A stretch of 60,285 bases of DNA from a virus. Its lineage: Duplodnaviria > Caudoviricetes. Where the stretch lies: IMG/VR virus record IMGVR_UViG_3300006865_000001, positions 1 to 60,285 of that record, one strand, 5' to 3'. How positions within the stretch are numbered: position 1 is the stretch's first letter; each line of letters begins with the position of its first letter. The notes below the pieces were generated by a model that saw only the letters and a list, made by a program, of their open reading frames with translations, did no database searches and had not been told where the DNA came from. This document shows positions 45,853 to 55,225 of the stretch, piece by piece. The translations under genes were made by a program, and so were the position numbers.

Positions 45853-48074
45853 TGCACTCCTTGCTGTGGCTGACCATGTAACTCGGCCAGCACGCTCAGT
45901 ATCTCCTGTCTCAGACTGCTCATCTCGCCCTGTGCTTCTTTGCCCACGCGAAGTTTCTCAACCTCGACCTTGGCAGCCTGTAGCTTGACCTTCTCCTGCT
46001 CCAGTTTGACCTTCTCCATCTGCATCTGTGCCATGGGGTTGGGTGGCTGTGGGGGCATGGGTTCTTCGCCAGGGGTCGGCTTGGCGATACCCGGTGGCAG
46101 GGTCTTCTTGATCCGTTCAGCCAGCACATCGGCACCCACTACGCCTGAGTTACCCACGATCAGGTCGGCACCGAGACCCATCTGCTTGGGTAGGGCGCTG
46201 ACCAGGCGCAGCATGTACTCGCTCGACTCCTGGCGCTGTGTAGCGTAGCTAGGCCCGACTGTGACCTTGACCGCGTACCGACCGGCTGTGATGTCGTTGA
46301 ATTTGGCATCCCATCCCTGCTGCTGACCGGCTGCTATGAGCCGAGTGGTGTTCATCCCCTTGTAGCGTTCGGGATGCGCCATGATTGCGTTGTAGGCGTC
46401 CCTGACCGTCATGTTGACTGGCAGGTAGGTCTCGGTGTCGTCCAGACCACGCAGGCGCACGTCGCGGGGCGTGTCGTACAGTTCGGGAATCATCTCGTTC
46501 TTGATCTTGGCACCGTGTGCGATACCACGGGCCAGGTTGTCGATGTAGCTGAACGTCCGAACGTCACCAGGCTTCTGGCGGGCGGTCACAGCGGCTCCTG
46601 TGCGCTCAGGGCCAGCTTGGCCGAGGTCGGCGCCATGCATCCCTATGGTTGACTCAAACATGCCCATGGCCGACTGGAGCTGGCTGAATAAGGCTGCGGG
46701 CACCGGACCCGGGCCTTGGCGCATGGGCGGGGGAAGCGGAGCACCTGTCTCGGTCTGATCGGGGTTGTATTTGAGGAACGGGAAGTTCTTGGTATTGGCT
46801 GTGGCGTAATCCTGCTCATAACCATCAAACTGACGAGCCGTACCAACCCACGGTGCCTTAGGCTCCAGAGCGATCCGCTCGGCAAGCGCAGAGCACCAAT
46901 AGTTGACATTCCGTGCCGAGTCCTTGGCGTTCCGAACCAGACCGCTGATATATGTCTTACCCTCGATGTTGGTCCGGTGGCCGGTCAGCAGGATGATCGG
47001 GACGTATGACCCAGGCACGTCCTCACCTTCCAGACCGTTCTTGCTCAGGATGTCACACGCGGTGATGATGTACTGCTTGATTGTGGTGTACTCGGCGTCG
47101 GCCTCGCGGATGATGGTGGGTCCGACAGCCACAGGGGTTTGTTGCACAAGTGGCATAGGTGCCGATACAGGCGACCCCTGTGGCTGCGGTGGTGCGGGTA
47201 GTACCGGTGCCGTCTGAGGAATTGCGGGTAGCTCATTGGGAGGGGCAAGGGGCTGTTCCGAACTCAACTCAGGCGGCACCGATGCGGCTGCCAGTGATGG
47301 CACATCGGCTTTGGCGATTACACTGCCGTCAGACATCAGGCACATGGCTCGTTTGTGCTTCTTACGGACGAAGTACTCGGCAACGGTGACGGTCTCGGTG
47401 TCGAACCAGTTTTGGTAGCTCAGACCTTCGCCTACCGGCAAGGAGTCGCCGGGTACCTTGGCCTTGGGGTACTTCTTCTCGAAATCATCACGGGGCATCT
47501 TGCTCAGGATGTAACCATGCCCTGCGTCGGAATAGATGGGACATACGGCGTGCCGATCCATGACCACAGTGAATGGGTTAGGGATCAGCTCGTCGTAGAA
47601 CTCCTGGATGAAGGGGTTTTCTTCGGTGTAGCGGGTACGTATACGCCAGGCGCCGTAGCCACACGTCACGTTGCTGGTCGCAGCCTCGACGTAGATATAG
47701 TCGCTGTTCGATTGGTACTCGGAATCAGCGATGATACCTTCACGGATGCGGGCGATCTGAACGTCTGCGGTGGAGTCACCGGGGGCAATGCGGGCGCGGG
47801 GGCGATTGTGGCGTATGTCGCCGGTCACTTGGTTGATGAATTGGGGGAAAAGGTTTACTTCCAGAGAGGGGCGACCGTCGGTCTCACGCTCGGCAAGTAC
47901 CTGAGCGTCCCACATGGCACCTTTGACCGTGGCAAACTTCAGGTCTTCGACAGCATCGATGCGATTATGAGAATCAGCCAGGAGGTCAGCATCAAGTTCT
48001 TTGATGCGCTCGGCCAGAAACTCAGCTACCGCTGTGCTGGCGGCGTTGGATGTGATCTTGCGGGGTGATGCCAT
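45849..48074 (-). CDS. portal protein, P22 gp1-like
   Basis: EDLKF...W...GRPSLEVN, GYGAWR, VAEYF, GLVRNAKD, GRY.V.V.VGPSYATQRQE. Confidence 0.93.
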   Translation of the reverse strand: MASPRKITSNAASTAVAEFLAERIKELDADLLADSHNRIDAVEDLKFATVKGAMWDAQVLAERETDGRPSLEVNLFPQFINQVTGDIRHNRPRARIAPGDSTADVQIARIREGIIADSEYQSNSDYIYVEAATSNVTCGYGAWRIRTRYTEENPFIQEFYDELIPNPFTVVMDRHAVCPIYSDAGHGYILSKMPRDDFEKKYPKAKVPGDSLPVGEGLSYQNWFDTETVTVAEYFVRKKHKRAMCLMSDGSVIAKADVPSLAAASVPPELSSEQPLAPPNELPAIPQTAPVLPAPPQPQGSPVSAPMPLVQQTPVAVGPTIIREADAEYTTIKQYIITACDILSKNGLEGEDVPGSYVPIILLTGHRTNIEGKTYISGLVRNAKDSARNVNYWCSALAERIALEPKAPWVGTARQFDGYEQDYATANTKNFPFLKYNPDQTETGAPLPPPMRQGPGPVPAALFSQLQSAMGMFESTIGMHGADLGQAGPERTGAAVTARQKPGDVRTFSYIDNLARGIAHGAKIKNEMIPELYDTPRDVRLRGLDDTETYLPVNMTVRDAYNAIMAHPERYKGMNTTRLIAAGQQQGWDAKFNDITAGRYAVKVTVGPSYATQRQESSEYMLRLVSALPKQMGLGADLIVGNSGVVGADVLAERIKKTLPPGIAKPTPGEEPMPPQPPNPMAQMQMEKVKLEQEKVKLQAAKVEVEKLRVGKEAQGEMSSLRQEILSVLAELHGQPQQGVQ

Positions 48075-48140
48075 GTGCCGATGCTCCCTGTTTAGCTATC
48101 GGTCTGATCACACAGCCCCCGTGAATGCGGCTATGCGTTG

Positions 48141-48180
48141 TGTCGCAGCTAGAGTACCTGCGACATGTGACAATTGTCAA
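48141..48180 (-). promoter_or_regulatory. promoter upstream of portal, with overlapping palindromes
   Basis: TTGACA-18-TACTCT; inverted repeat TGTCGCAG-9-CTGCGACA; palindrome TGACAATTGTCA. Confidence 0.65.
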
Positions 48181-48343
48181 GTGTTTATTTCATTGGGCGG
48201 GGTCACACCTCCCCCGCCGCGCACCGCCGTGCGTAGGCTACCATTGCCTCCCACCTGGTGCCCGCCCTACCAGTGTGACCTTGTGGTCCTCTGCAGACCC
48301 ATCTGCCGTTGCGACTCTGTGTTACTTTGACTCGTTGCATGGC

Positions 48344-48676
48344 TCAGCCCTCCAGGCCAGTCACCTTGACCATGTCCAATACGTTGCCCATCCTATCCTT
48401 TGTGAACATGACTACGGTGTTAGGAGGACATTCAACGACAGGTTGCACCTCGTCTACAGGTGCCAAGCAGTCCTTGCATTGGTACCACGGTTTTCTACCC
48501 GGAATGTTATCAGCAACCTTGATGTGGTTGAATGCTTCGTCTGTACCGACGACAACACTCACCTCGTCGTTCGCCATCCCCTCGCAACAGTTGTGGTTGA
48601 TACATCTGACCCTCATTCCTATCTCAAATCGCCGCTGCTCCATCCCACACCTCCCCGGGTCGTTACCCCCATTCAC
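48344..48676 (-). CDS. hypothetical protein
   Basis: ORF after the terminase gene. Confidence 0.5.
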   Translation of the reverse strand: MNGGNDPGRCGMEQRRFEIGMRVRCINHNCCEGMANDEVSVVVGTDEAFNHIKVADNIPGRKPWYQCKDCLAPVDEVQPVVECPPNTVVMFTKDRMGNVLDMVKVTGLEG

Positions 48677-51617
48677 CCTTCACCCTACCACTGGCACCGC
48701 TCCCCTGTGCCATGAGTGCGGTCACACTGACCACCTTGCGCTTTGCGTACCTGTGAAACGGGAACACTCGGAACATATCGTACCCATAGCTGACAATGTT
48801 CAGTATGTCCGAGTGCCCGAACCCAAATTGATCCATTTCCTGCTTCATCTTGTCGATGTAATCCGGTGCGATCCCGGTGCTGTAATACAGGTTACCGTTG
48901 TTCAGCGGCCATTCCAACGCGCTCGATATGCGGTTTTCCAGTTTGCGGCCGGCCGGCCTGAGCAGGAACAGGTTGCCGTGCTGCACCGAGAGCTTACGAC
49001 CCTTGGCGGCTAGAGCATCGACCACATGTATCTCGGTGGTACTCAGGGAGACCTTTTCAACACCTACCTGCATGATCATGCCGTGTTTCAGGTACATCCT
49101 GACGATGGTATCGATTGCCTGTGAATGCGTGAGTCTGTCGGCAACCAGGTCTTCTACACATACGTCCGAGATACCCAGGTCGTCGTCGGTCGCTTCATCG
49201 CCGTTGCGCTTGGCGAGGCTGTCGCTCGGGCAGATGCTGACCACGCCGATGGCCCATAGGTCGCCTGGGCCGCCGACGTTGGTGTCTGTGCCGCCCGCTT
49301 GGTCTACCACCAGGAATTTGTACCGATCGGCCCATTTGCCGGTGCGCAGGAATGCCGGCTCGATGCGGTTGAGCATGGATTTGTCGAGGGTGATCGTGTC
49401 CACAGGTGCTGGGTTGCACAGGTACTGGCTGTCGAAGTTCTTGCCCGACTTCTCGATACATGCCTGCAGGTACTCAGGGCTGAATAGAACCGGTTTGCCT
49501 GTTCGGGTACCGTCGTGTGTGCAGGGTTTGATAATCAGTCGGTAGACTGGTGTGCCATCCAGCTTCTTTTTGTCCCTGATGCGGATCAGGGGGCCGTGGA
49601 AATGGTAATAGGTACCGTGGATAAGTTCCGTGCCACCCTGGCGACCGAGTGAGAATGACATTTCAAACGAGTTGAAACACAGATTCATCTGGTCGGCTGA
49701 TTTAGCGATGTCGAACGTCTCCACGTCATCGTAAATGCGGTGGTCGGCATGGCCACCTATAGGCATCCCCTCGACCAATCCAAACGCCTCCACAGTCTTC
49801 TCACGGCGGCTGGCCGACTTCCTTTTGACCACAATGCCGTTCTGCAACGACCATGAAGGCGACTCGTACCCCGGGTTGCTGTAGAAAATCTCAGGGAATG
49901 CCCAAATCAACAGTGGACGCTCAAAGGTCTCCTTGATAGCGGTCAAAAACTTGGCCGCAGCGTCTTTTTTGTAGCTGAAAATGAAGGTACAACAGTCGGG
50001 ATCGTTGATCACACGCTTGATTGTCAGTGCGACCGTGCGTATGGTTGAGTTGTGTGTGGTCACCATGTTCTTGCCGATCAAGTACAAGCCATCGGGTCGG
50101 TCAACCTGGATGCAGGATACCGGTATCGGTTCCACGGCCACACAGGATTTGATGAACCTTTTAGCTTTACGGATACCGTCTTTGCACTTAACCAGTTTCC
50201 TTTCCAACCTGAATACCGGGAAGATGGTGTACGCCTGGAAAGAGACCTGAAAAAAAATGTAAGGTAGACCATTGACCGTCGATTTATGCTGCCTGCGCCT
50301 CGGTTTCAGACCCAACCCGGTCGCCAGTTCAGTAAAATCGTCTATCAGTCGCTCGTTTATGTTGCAGAATGTCGCGGTTCCTCTTGTGTCAACCGTACCA
50401 TCCGTGTCCATCATCCCCTGTAGCAAAGCCAGCCGTTGCTCAACAGAACCTTTGAAGAACGCTCTCGGGATGTGCTTTTCGTTGTCGTAAAGTAGCCCTA
50501 ATTTCTTGAGTTCCAGACCTAGTGATTTGGGTTTCGGCTCAGTTGTTGGCTTTTTATTTTTACAACCAGCACAACGCTTGATCCCTTTGTTTTCGTAGTA
50601 TCCAACCTCGCCCATATTGTGCCCGTTAAGACAAATTTTAGACCGGTCGGTATCGAATGCTACAGTCAGACAGTTGTCTTTCTTGGCAGCAAATTGCAGA
50701 TTGTGACCCGCCGCTTTAAAATGCTTTTCAAATGACGGGTAATCGGTATTGGAACAAGTAAACCGTGCCGATGCTGAGTGACCGTCGCCAAGCCACGCGC
50801 CCATAACATAGGGGTCTACCGTCAGGTTTGCTGTCGGGAACTGGATCGGCTGGTTTACATTGACAGAGAAACGGCCATCTGGCAGATGCTCATGTGTGGC
50901 TATTTCCCGCGTTGTGGTCACACGGGTCTTGCCTGATCTTGTGACTTCCCATAGGTGGTCGCCGCTGCAAACGACGCTGTATCCATCATCAAACGTCACT
51001 CTGTAGCAGTCAGCCTCATTGAACACCTCGGTCTTACCGACGACCTTACATGGCTGCCCATCAGGTCCAAACACCCTGTCGCCAGCAACCAGATCACCGT
51101 GGTTCTTCCACCCTTTCGTGGTGAATACCGGCTCCAGCAGGTCAATAGCCTTGAAGTGTTCGCGGCTCTCGATGTCCAGTATGTCGGTTGCACTCAGCCC
51201 ACCATCGGGCGTACTTTCTTCCAATTCACGGCAACTATCGATCACATAGGGGTTGTTACACAGGTCGAGCGGTACTTCCATGACAAACGCCACGATGTAG
51301 AACAAATCTTTGGCGATGAGCATGCGCTGTGCACCCTTGGCACGGGCCTCACGGTCGTGGTCCTCACCGCCAGCGATATCGCGGAAAATGTCCTCGTACC
51401 GAAATTTATACCATGATTTATACGGAAAATCAGGATGTTTGGTCAACTCCTGAATATCGTCACCCTGCAGTTTGTGTGACAGACCAAGTTTTTTACGCAA
51501 CTCCAGCAACGTAGCGTCATATACGCTCTTGCAAGGTGCTATTTCAGGATGTGGGACGAAATTAACAGCCACTCTGTGCCGCCTCGGTTTGGGTGATATG
51601 TCTCCAGCGTTGACCAT
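48663..51617 (-). CDS. terL: terminase large subunit, intein-containing
   Basis: REHFK/ST Walker A, G.H.D..IYDD, GTYYH, SQYLCNP, nuclease VVDQAG; start position uncertain. Confidence 0.9.
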   Translation of the reverse strand: MVNAGDISPKPRRHRVAVNFVPHPEIAPCKSVYDATLLELRKKLGLSHKLQGDDIQELTKHPDFPYKSWYKFRYEDIFRDIAGGEDHDREARAKGAQRMLIAKDLFYIVAFVMEVPLDLCNNPYVIDSCRELEESTPDGGLSATDILDIESREHFKAIDLLEPVFTTKGWKNHGDLVAGDRVFGPDGQPCKVVGKTEVFNEADCYRVTFDDGYSVVCSGDHLWEVTRSGKTRVTTTREIATHEHLPDGRFSVNVNQPIQFPTANLTVDPYVMGAWLGDGHSASARFTCSNTDYPSFEKHFKAAGHNLQFAAKKDNCLTVAFDTDRSKICLNGHNMGEVGYYENKGIKRCAGCKNKKPTTEPKPKSLGLELKKLGLLYDNEKHIPRAFFKGSVEQRLALLQGMMDTDGTVDTRGTATFCNINERLIDDFTELATGLGLKPRRRQHKSTVNGLPYIFFQVSFQAYTIFPVFRLERKLVKCKDGIRKAKRFIKSCVAVEPIPVSCIQVDRPDGLYLIGKNMVTTHNSTIRTVALTIKRVINDPDCCTFIFSYKKDAAAKFLTAIKETFERPLLIWAFPEIFYSNPGYESPSWSLQNGIVVKRKSASRREKTVEAFGLVEGMPIGGHADHRIYDDVETFDIAKSADQMNLCFNSFEMSFSLGRQGGTELIHGTYYHFHGPLIRIRDKKKLDGTPVYRLIIKPCTHDGTRTGKPVLFSPEYLQACIEKSGKNFDSQYLCNPAPVDTITLDKSMLNRIEPAFLRTGKWADRYKFLVVDQAGGTDTNVGGPGDLWAIGVVSICPSDSLAKRNGDEATDDDLGISDVCVEDLVADRLTHSQAIDTIVRMYLKHGMIMQVGVEKVSLSTTEIHVVDALAAKGRKLSVQHGNLFLLRPAGRKLENRISSALEWPLNNGNLYYSTGIAPDYIDKMKQEMDQFGFGHSDILNIVSYGYDMFRVFPFHRYAKRKVVSVTALMAQGSGASGRVKGEWG
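50049..51149 (-). mobile_element. class 3 intein with LAGLIDADG homing endonuclease (367 aa)
   Basis: Starts with Ala (AIDLLEPV), CSGDHLW, LGDG, LQGMMDTDG, VSCIQV, ends THN|S. Confidence 0.9.
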
Positions 51618-52086
51618 TCTTAAGCTTACTGATTGTTCTTCGATTAACCGGATAATCCTGTGCTATTTGACCATTGTCACGCGGGTCGTTTATGATTTTG
51701 ATCACATCCTCGGGTGTGAGTTTAGCATTGTACCGTGATTCACCACGACTCTCGCGCTGTTTTGCTCTCATATCCAGAATATTGTCAAGATTGCTACCGA
51801 GAGTCAGGTGTTCTGGATTAACGCAGCCGGGTGTGTCACATTTGTGCATAACACAGGTGCCGTGAAACCCTTCACCTTCCGGTATTGGACCAATGTGGAA
51901 TTCGTAGGAAAGTCGGTGGGCTTTGTAGTCCTTGCCACCATGTCTGAGATGACCATAACCCTTCTGGTCAGTAGAGGCGGTCCAGAGCCAACAGCCTGTC
52001 CAAAAGTCCAGTTTGAACTTGTCCATGAAACTGTCTCTGAGTGAACCGTTGATACGTTTTGCGCGGGGTTTCTTCATCAACCACAC
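51562..52086 (-). CDS. HNH homing endonuclease
   Basis: GCWLWTA, GYG, AHRLSY, VMHKCDTPGCVNPEHL..G...DN..D, AKLT HTH. Confidence 0.92.
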   Translation of the reverse strand: MWLMKKPRAKRINGSLRDSFMDKFKLDFWTGCWLWTASTDQKGYGHLRHGGKDYKAHRLSYEFHIGPIPEGEGFHGTCVMHKCDTPGCVNPEHLTLGSNLDNILDMRAKQRESRGESRYNAKLTPEDVIKIINDPRDNGQIAQDYPVNRRTISKLKNGQRWRHITQTEAAQSGC

Positions 52087-52172
52087 CTCCGTCGGGGTGT
52101 CCGTATGGTAAACTTCGCGCTCCGGTCTGGTACGGTGCCAGATTTTCCCCCGCTAAAGGTAGGAGCGCAAAC

Positions 52173-52201
52173 ACATTAACGCTGTGTGACCGCTATGTCA
52201 A
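52173..52201 (-). promoter_or_regulatory. sigma70-type promoter
   Basis: TTGACA-17-TAATGT. Confidence 0.7.
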
Positions 52202-52321
52202 GCTGTATCTGTCATTGTGCGGCGTCGCACACGAAATCGGCGGGATGGTAAACGTCATCGTGGACAAACACCCCATCGTCACACTGTATTTCCCGATTAC
52301 ACCAGATGCACCAGTATCCCA

Positions 52322-52546
52322 TCAACCCCTCCCGTCCAGTCGCTTACCGAGCATCTGACCCAATGTGAACCAGAGATGCTCAGCGTGTTCCTTGCTGCGT
52401 ATGGTGATGCCGCCGTTGCTCTCATCGTTGGTATGCATCTCAATCATAGACCATTCGGTGCCACTGTCCTTGCTCACCGTGAGAGCGTCTACACCCTCCG
52501 TGACGGTCTTGCAGTAGAATCGTTTCCAGTATGCTTCCATGGTCAC
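52322..52546 (-). CDS. hypothetical protein
   Basis: GGAGGTGTGACCATG start. Confidence 0.6.
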   Translation of the reverse strand: MTMEAYWKRFYCKTVTEGVDALTVSKDSGTEWSMIEMHTNDESNGGITIRSKEHAEHLWFTLGQMLGKRLDGRG

Positions 52547-52552
52547 ACCTCC

Positions 52553-52735
52553 CTATGCCTCAGCCAATACCACCAGATCAGCGGCCACTCGGCGTACTGC
52601 CGCTTGCTCCAGTTGCCGCTCCCGCTGCAGGCGGTCACACTCGGTCAGCATCTGTGACAGTCGGCTATATGCCGTGGCGCCGAGGGTATCGTACTCACTG
52701 TCTGCCCATTTTCGCATCTCGATCAGGTCTAGCAT
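52553..52735 (-). CDS. hypothetical protein
   Basis: Coupled ORF. Confidence 0.5.
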   Translation of the reverse strand: MLDLIEMRKWADSEYDTLGATAYSRLSQMLTECDRLQRERQLEQAAVRRVAADLVVLAEA

Positions 52736-53157
52736 GGGTCACCTGCTGTGATCGAATCAATACCGAGGCCACAGTGTATGTCGAACCGGCAAGCTATCTC
52801 AACGGCCTCAACGGCACTGCAACCGGCTGCCATCGCGCCGATGGCGTAGTCTGCTCCTGATCCAGCACCCCATATTGTCACATCCATTGGTAGTGCTACC
52901 AGTTGCTTTTCATAGCGGTAGAGTTTGCCGTTCTGCACAACCAATGCTGCAAAACCATCCTCAACCGCAGGTTTACTGTCCGCTGGCTCACCTTTGCGGT
53001 ACCACTCCACGAATTGCAGGCTCTCAGATACGCTGCCACTGCAGCCGATCATCTCGGCACCGCTACGAAAGAGTTTTGTGAAGGGTACAGGTGTCCCACC
53101 GAAAGTGGCCTGTTTGTCGGCAGCCAGTGTTTTACCGTCCCATGCTATCACAGTCAT
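52729..53157 (-). CDS. Ntn-hydrolase (proteasome beta/HslV-like) protein
   Basis: MTVIAWDGKTLAADKQ, K, GSGADYAIGAM..G.SAVEAVEIA..FD. Confidence 0.85.
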   Translation of the reverse strand: MTVIAWDGKTLAADKQATFGGTPVPFTKLFRSGAEMIGCSGSVSESLQFVEWYRKGEPADSKPAVEDGFAALVVQNGKLYRYEKQLVALPMDVTIWGAGSGADYAIGAMAAGCSAVEAVEIACRFDIHCGLGIDSITAGDPC

Positions 53158-53306
53158 CGGTGCCTCCGCTGAGTGATGTCCAGACCATCAGCCACCTTGG
53201 CGGCCTTGCTGGACTGACGGTCATGTAGCACCTTGGCGATTGCCTTACGCACTGTGGTGATGGGTATCGTGCCGCGTTTGGCTGGCGACTTCACCTGTTG
53301 TATCAT
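53154..53306 (-). CDS. small basic hypothetical protein
   Basis: GGAGGTGTGACCATG start. Confidence 0.5.
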   Translation of the reverse strand: MIQQVKSPAKRGTIPITTVRKAIAKVLHDRQSSKAAKVADGLDITQRRHR

Positions 53307-53403
53307 GGTCACACCTCCGTGTGCGGTGTCTAGTGCCACTGTGCTGCCTCCCCTATTGCCTTGTGTGTCAATACACCATGTGGTGTGGTTATGTCAAGGG
53401 GTA

Positions 53404-53634
53404 TCACTCGGCACCCAGGAACAATACCCGTTTGCCGTGGTATGGGTGGTCGGGCTTGACCTGTGGGCCGCTGGTGAAGTCGATCAGGTCCATGTTGTCG
53501 CTGTATGTGTCCAAGTCCAGTGCAACCCACTTGGTACAGGTGTCATAGTGGCGTCTGTACGCCTCCAGAACCTCTATTTCGGTGTCAGGAGGGAGTGTGG
53601 TTAGGTAGGTGATCAGGTCGGCTGCTGTGGTCAT
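53404..53634 (-). CDS. hypothetical protein
   Basis: AAGGAG RBS. Confidence 0.6.
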   Translation of the reverse strand: MTTAADLITYLTTLPPDTEIEVLEAYRRHYDTCTKWVALDLDTYSDNMDLIDFTSGPQVKPDHPYHGKRVLFLGAE

Positions 53635-54323
53635 GTGGTGGCTCCTTGTGTGTTAAACGACCCGATTGAGTGCTGTGCTGGGTATACCATGGGTAATTCA
53701 CCCCTGTTAGGACTGACTTGACCGTACTGGCAATTTGAGCAGACCCAATACCCGCTATTGGTCTTGCCACCGAAGTCTCTTGGGTAGTAGTCGTGGCATT
53801 TGTGACATCGCTTGTGGCCTTTTGGTATATCCAACACAGGACGTTCTGCGACAGTATATTTTATCACTGGCATATAGCCTAACGCCATAGCATTCTCAAT
53901 ACCTGACGGGTACATTCCCTCTGGTGTTCTCATGGCCCAAAACGGGACTTCTATATCGCTTGATCTGTGTAGGTGATTATGACACCCTTGGCATACTAAT
54001 ACACAATCATCTTCCTCTAATTTGTCACCTTTACCCCAATTTTCATATTTGAGGTGATGAATAATGCCATTTTTTACGATTTCATTATGACATCTCCAGC
54101 AACAGTACTTATCCCGCTTCTTGACTCTTGCTACCAACTCATGCCACTCCCGTGATCCCTGATACACTCTGTACACCTCGACCATCAAGGCACGGTGCGT
54201 GTATGCGCCGGGTTGAATGATCTTCTGGAGATGTGCCAGATGCTTCATATCCATCGGACCATCGCCTATCATGCGGGGTGGCTCAAGTAACCCCATAGGG
54301 TCGAACAGGTCTACTTCCCACAT
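53631..54323 (-). CDS. HNH-fold nuclease with C-terminal Zn finger
   Basis: RD..CCWRC, HHLKY, LVCQGCH..LH, CHKC...CSNC. Confidence 0.7.
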   Translation of the reverse strand: MWEVDLFDPMGLLEPPRMIGDGPMDMKHLAHLQKIIQPGAYTHRALMVEVYRVYQGSREWHELVARVKKRDKYCCWRCHNEIVKNGIIHHLKYENWGKGDKLEEDDCVLVCQGCHNHLHRSSDIEVPFWAMRTPEGMYPSGIENAMALGYMPVIKYTVAERPVLDIPKGHKRCHKCHDYYPRDFGGKTNSGYWVCSNCQYGQVSPNRGELPMVYPAQHSIGSFNTQGATT

Positions 54324-54892
54324 ATAGCACCCCCTGCGGCAGCCGCCCGAACGATCCGATACACCGACGCCAGACTGATGCCTATCTGGTCTGCGGCAGC
54401 CTGACGAGTGAATCCCAGGTCCAAGAGAGTCAACACTTCCTCGGACCGACGTTGTGCGGTCGGCACACGGCCCTTGTACTTACCCTCAGCCCGTGCGCGG
54501 TTGATACCGTCTTGCTGCCTCTCCAGCAGCAGTGTCCTCTCAAACTCAGCGATGGCACCGATTATCTGCAGCATCAGCGTGCCGAATGAGTTACTGGTGT
54601 CGATAGGCGAACTGAGTGCCTTGAATGCCACACCTCTGGCTTTCATGTCCTTGACCATGATAAGCAGGTCGAGTGTGCTTCTGGCGATGCGGTCGATCTT
54701 ACAGACCACCACCAGATCACCAGCCTGTACAGCGGTGAGCATCGCGGTGAGTTGTGGTCTGTCGGCGCCGGCCTTGGTGCCGCTGGCCTTCTCCTTGTAA
54801 ATCACCGTGCATCCTGCCGCTGTGAGCTGCTCAATCTGTGCGTCCAGGTGCTGATCGGTGGTGCTGACTCTGGCGTACCCGTATGTGGTCAT
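54311..54892 (-). CDS. serine recombinase (resolvase/invertase family)
   Basis: YGYARVST..Q, SG...RPQL, DRIARS, AEFER..L.ER...G, C-terminal HTH. Confidence 0.95.
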   Translation of the reverse strand: MTTYGYARVSTTDQHLDAQIEQLTAAGCTVIYKEKASGTKAGADRPQLTAMLTAVQAGDLVVVCKIDRIARSTLDLLIMVKDMKARGVAFKALSSPIDTSNSFGTLMLQIIGAIAEFERTLLLERQQDGINRARAEGKYKGRVPTAQRRSEEVLTLLDLGFTRQAAADQIGISLASVYRIVRAAAAGGAICGK

Positions 54893-54914
54893 AGTGTGAC
54901 CCTCCTTGCGATAC

Positions 54915-54977
54915 ACAATATGTCATACGGGTCTAGTTGTCAATGACCAAATAAAGTGAACGTCGAAAATATTTTCG
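54915..54977 (-). promoter_or_regulatory. resolvase promoter and candidate res site
   Basis: TTGACA-17-TATTGT; palindrome CGAAAATATTTTCG at 54964-54977. Confidence 0.65.
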
Positions 54978-55225
54978 CACCCTGTCAGGTGGGTGGCGGC
55001 CTTTACTCAACGAGCCGCAAAAGTGGTCAGGCCCCCCGGTCGCCGGCTGAATACATGAGATTTTCAGACCGGATCAACCCGCCAACGAGCTAGAACACCT
55101 ATTGGCGCGGGTCTACGGTTACCAATCTACATATAGTGGTATCATTGGACTAATCCCATGTGACAAAGTGTTACAAATCAACCACTTGGCAAATTGCCCA
55201 CCTGGAGACCGGCAACCTGGCCCCT

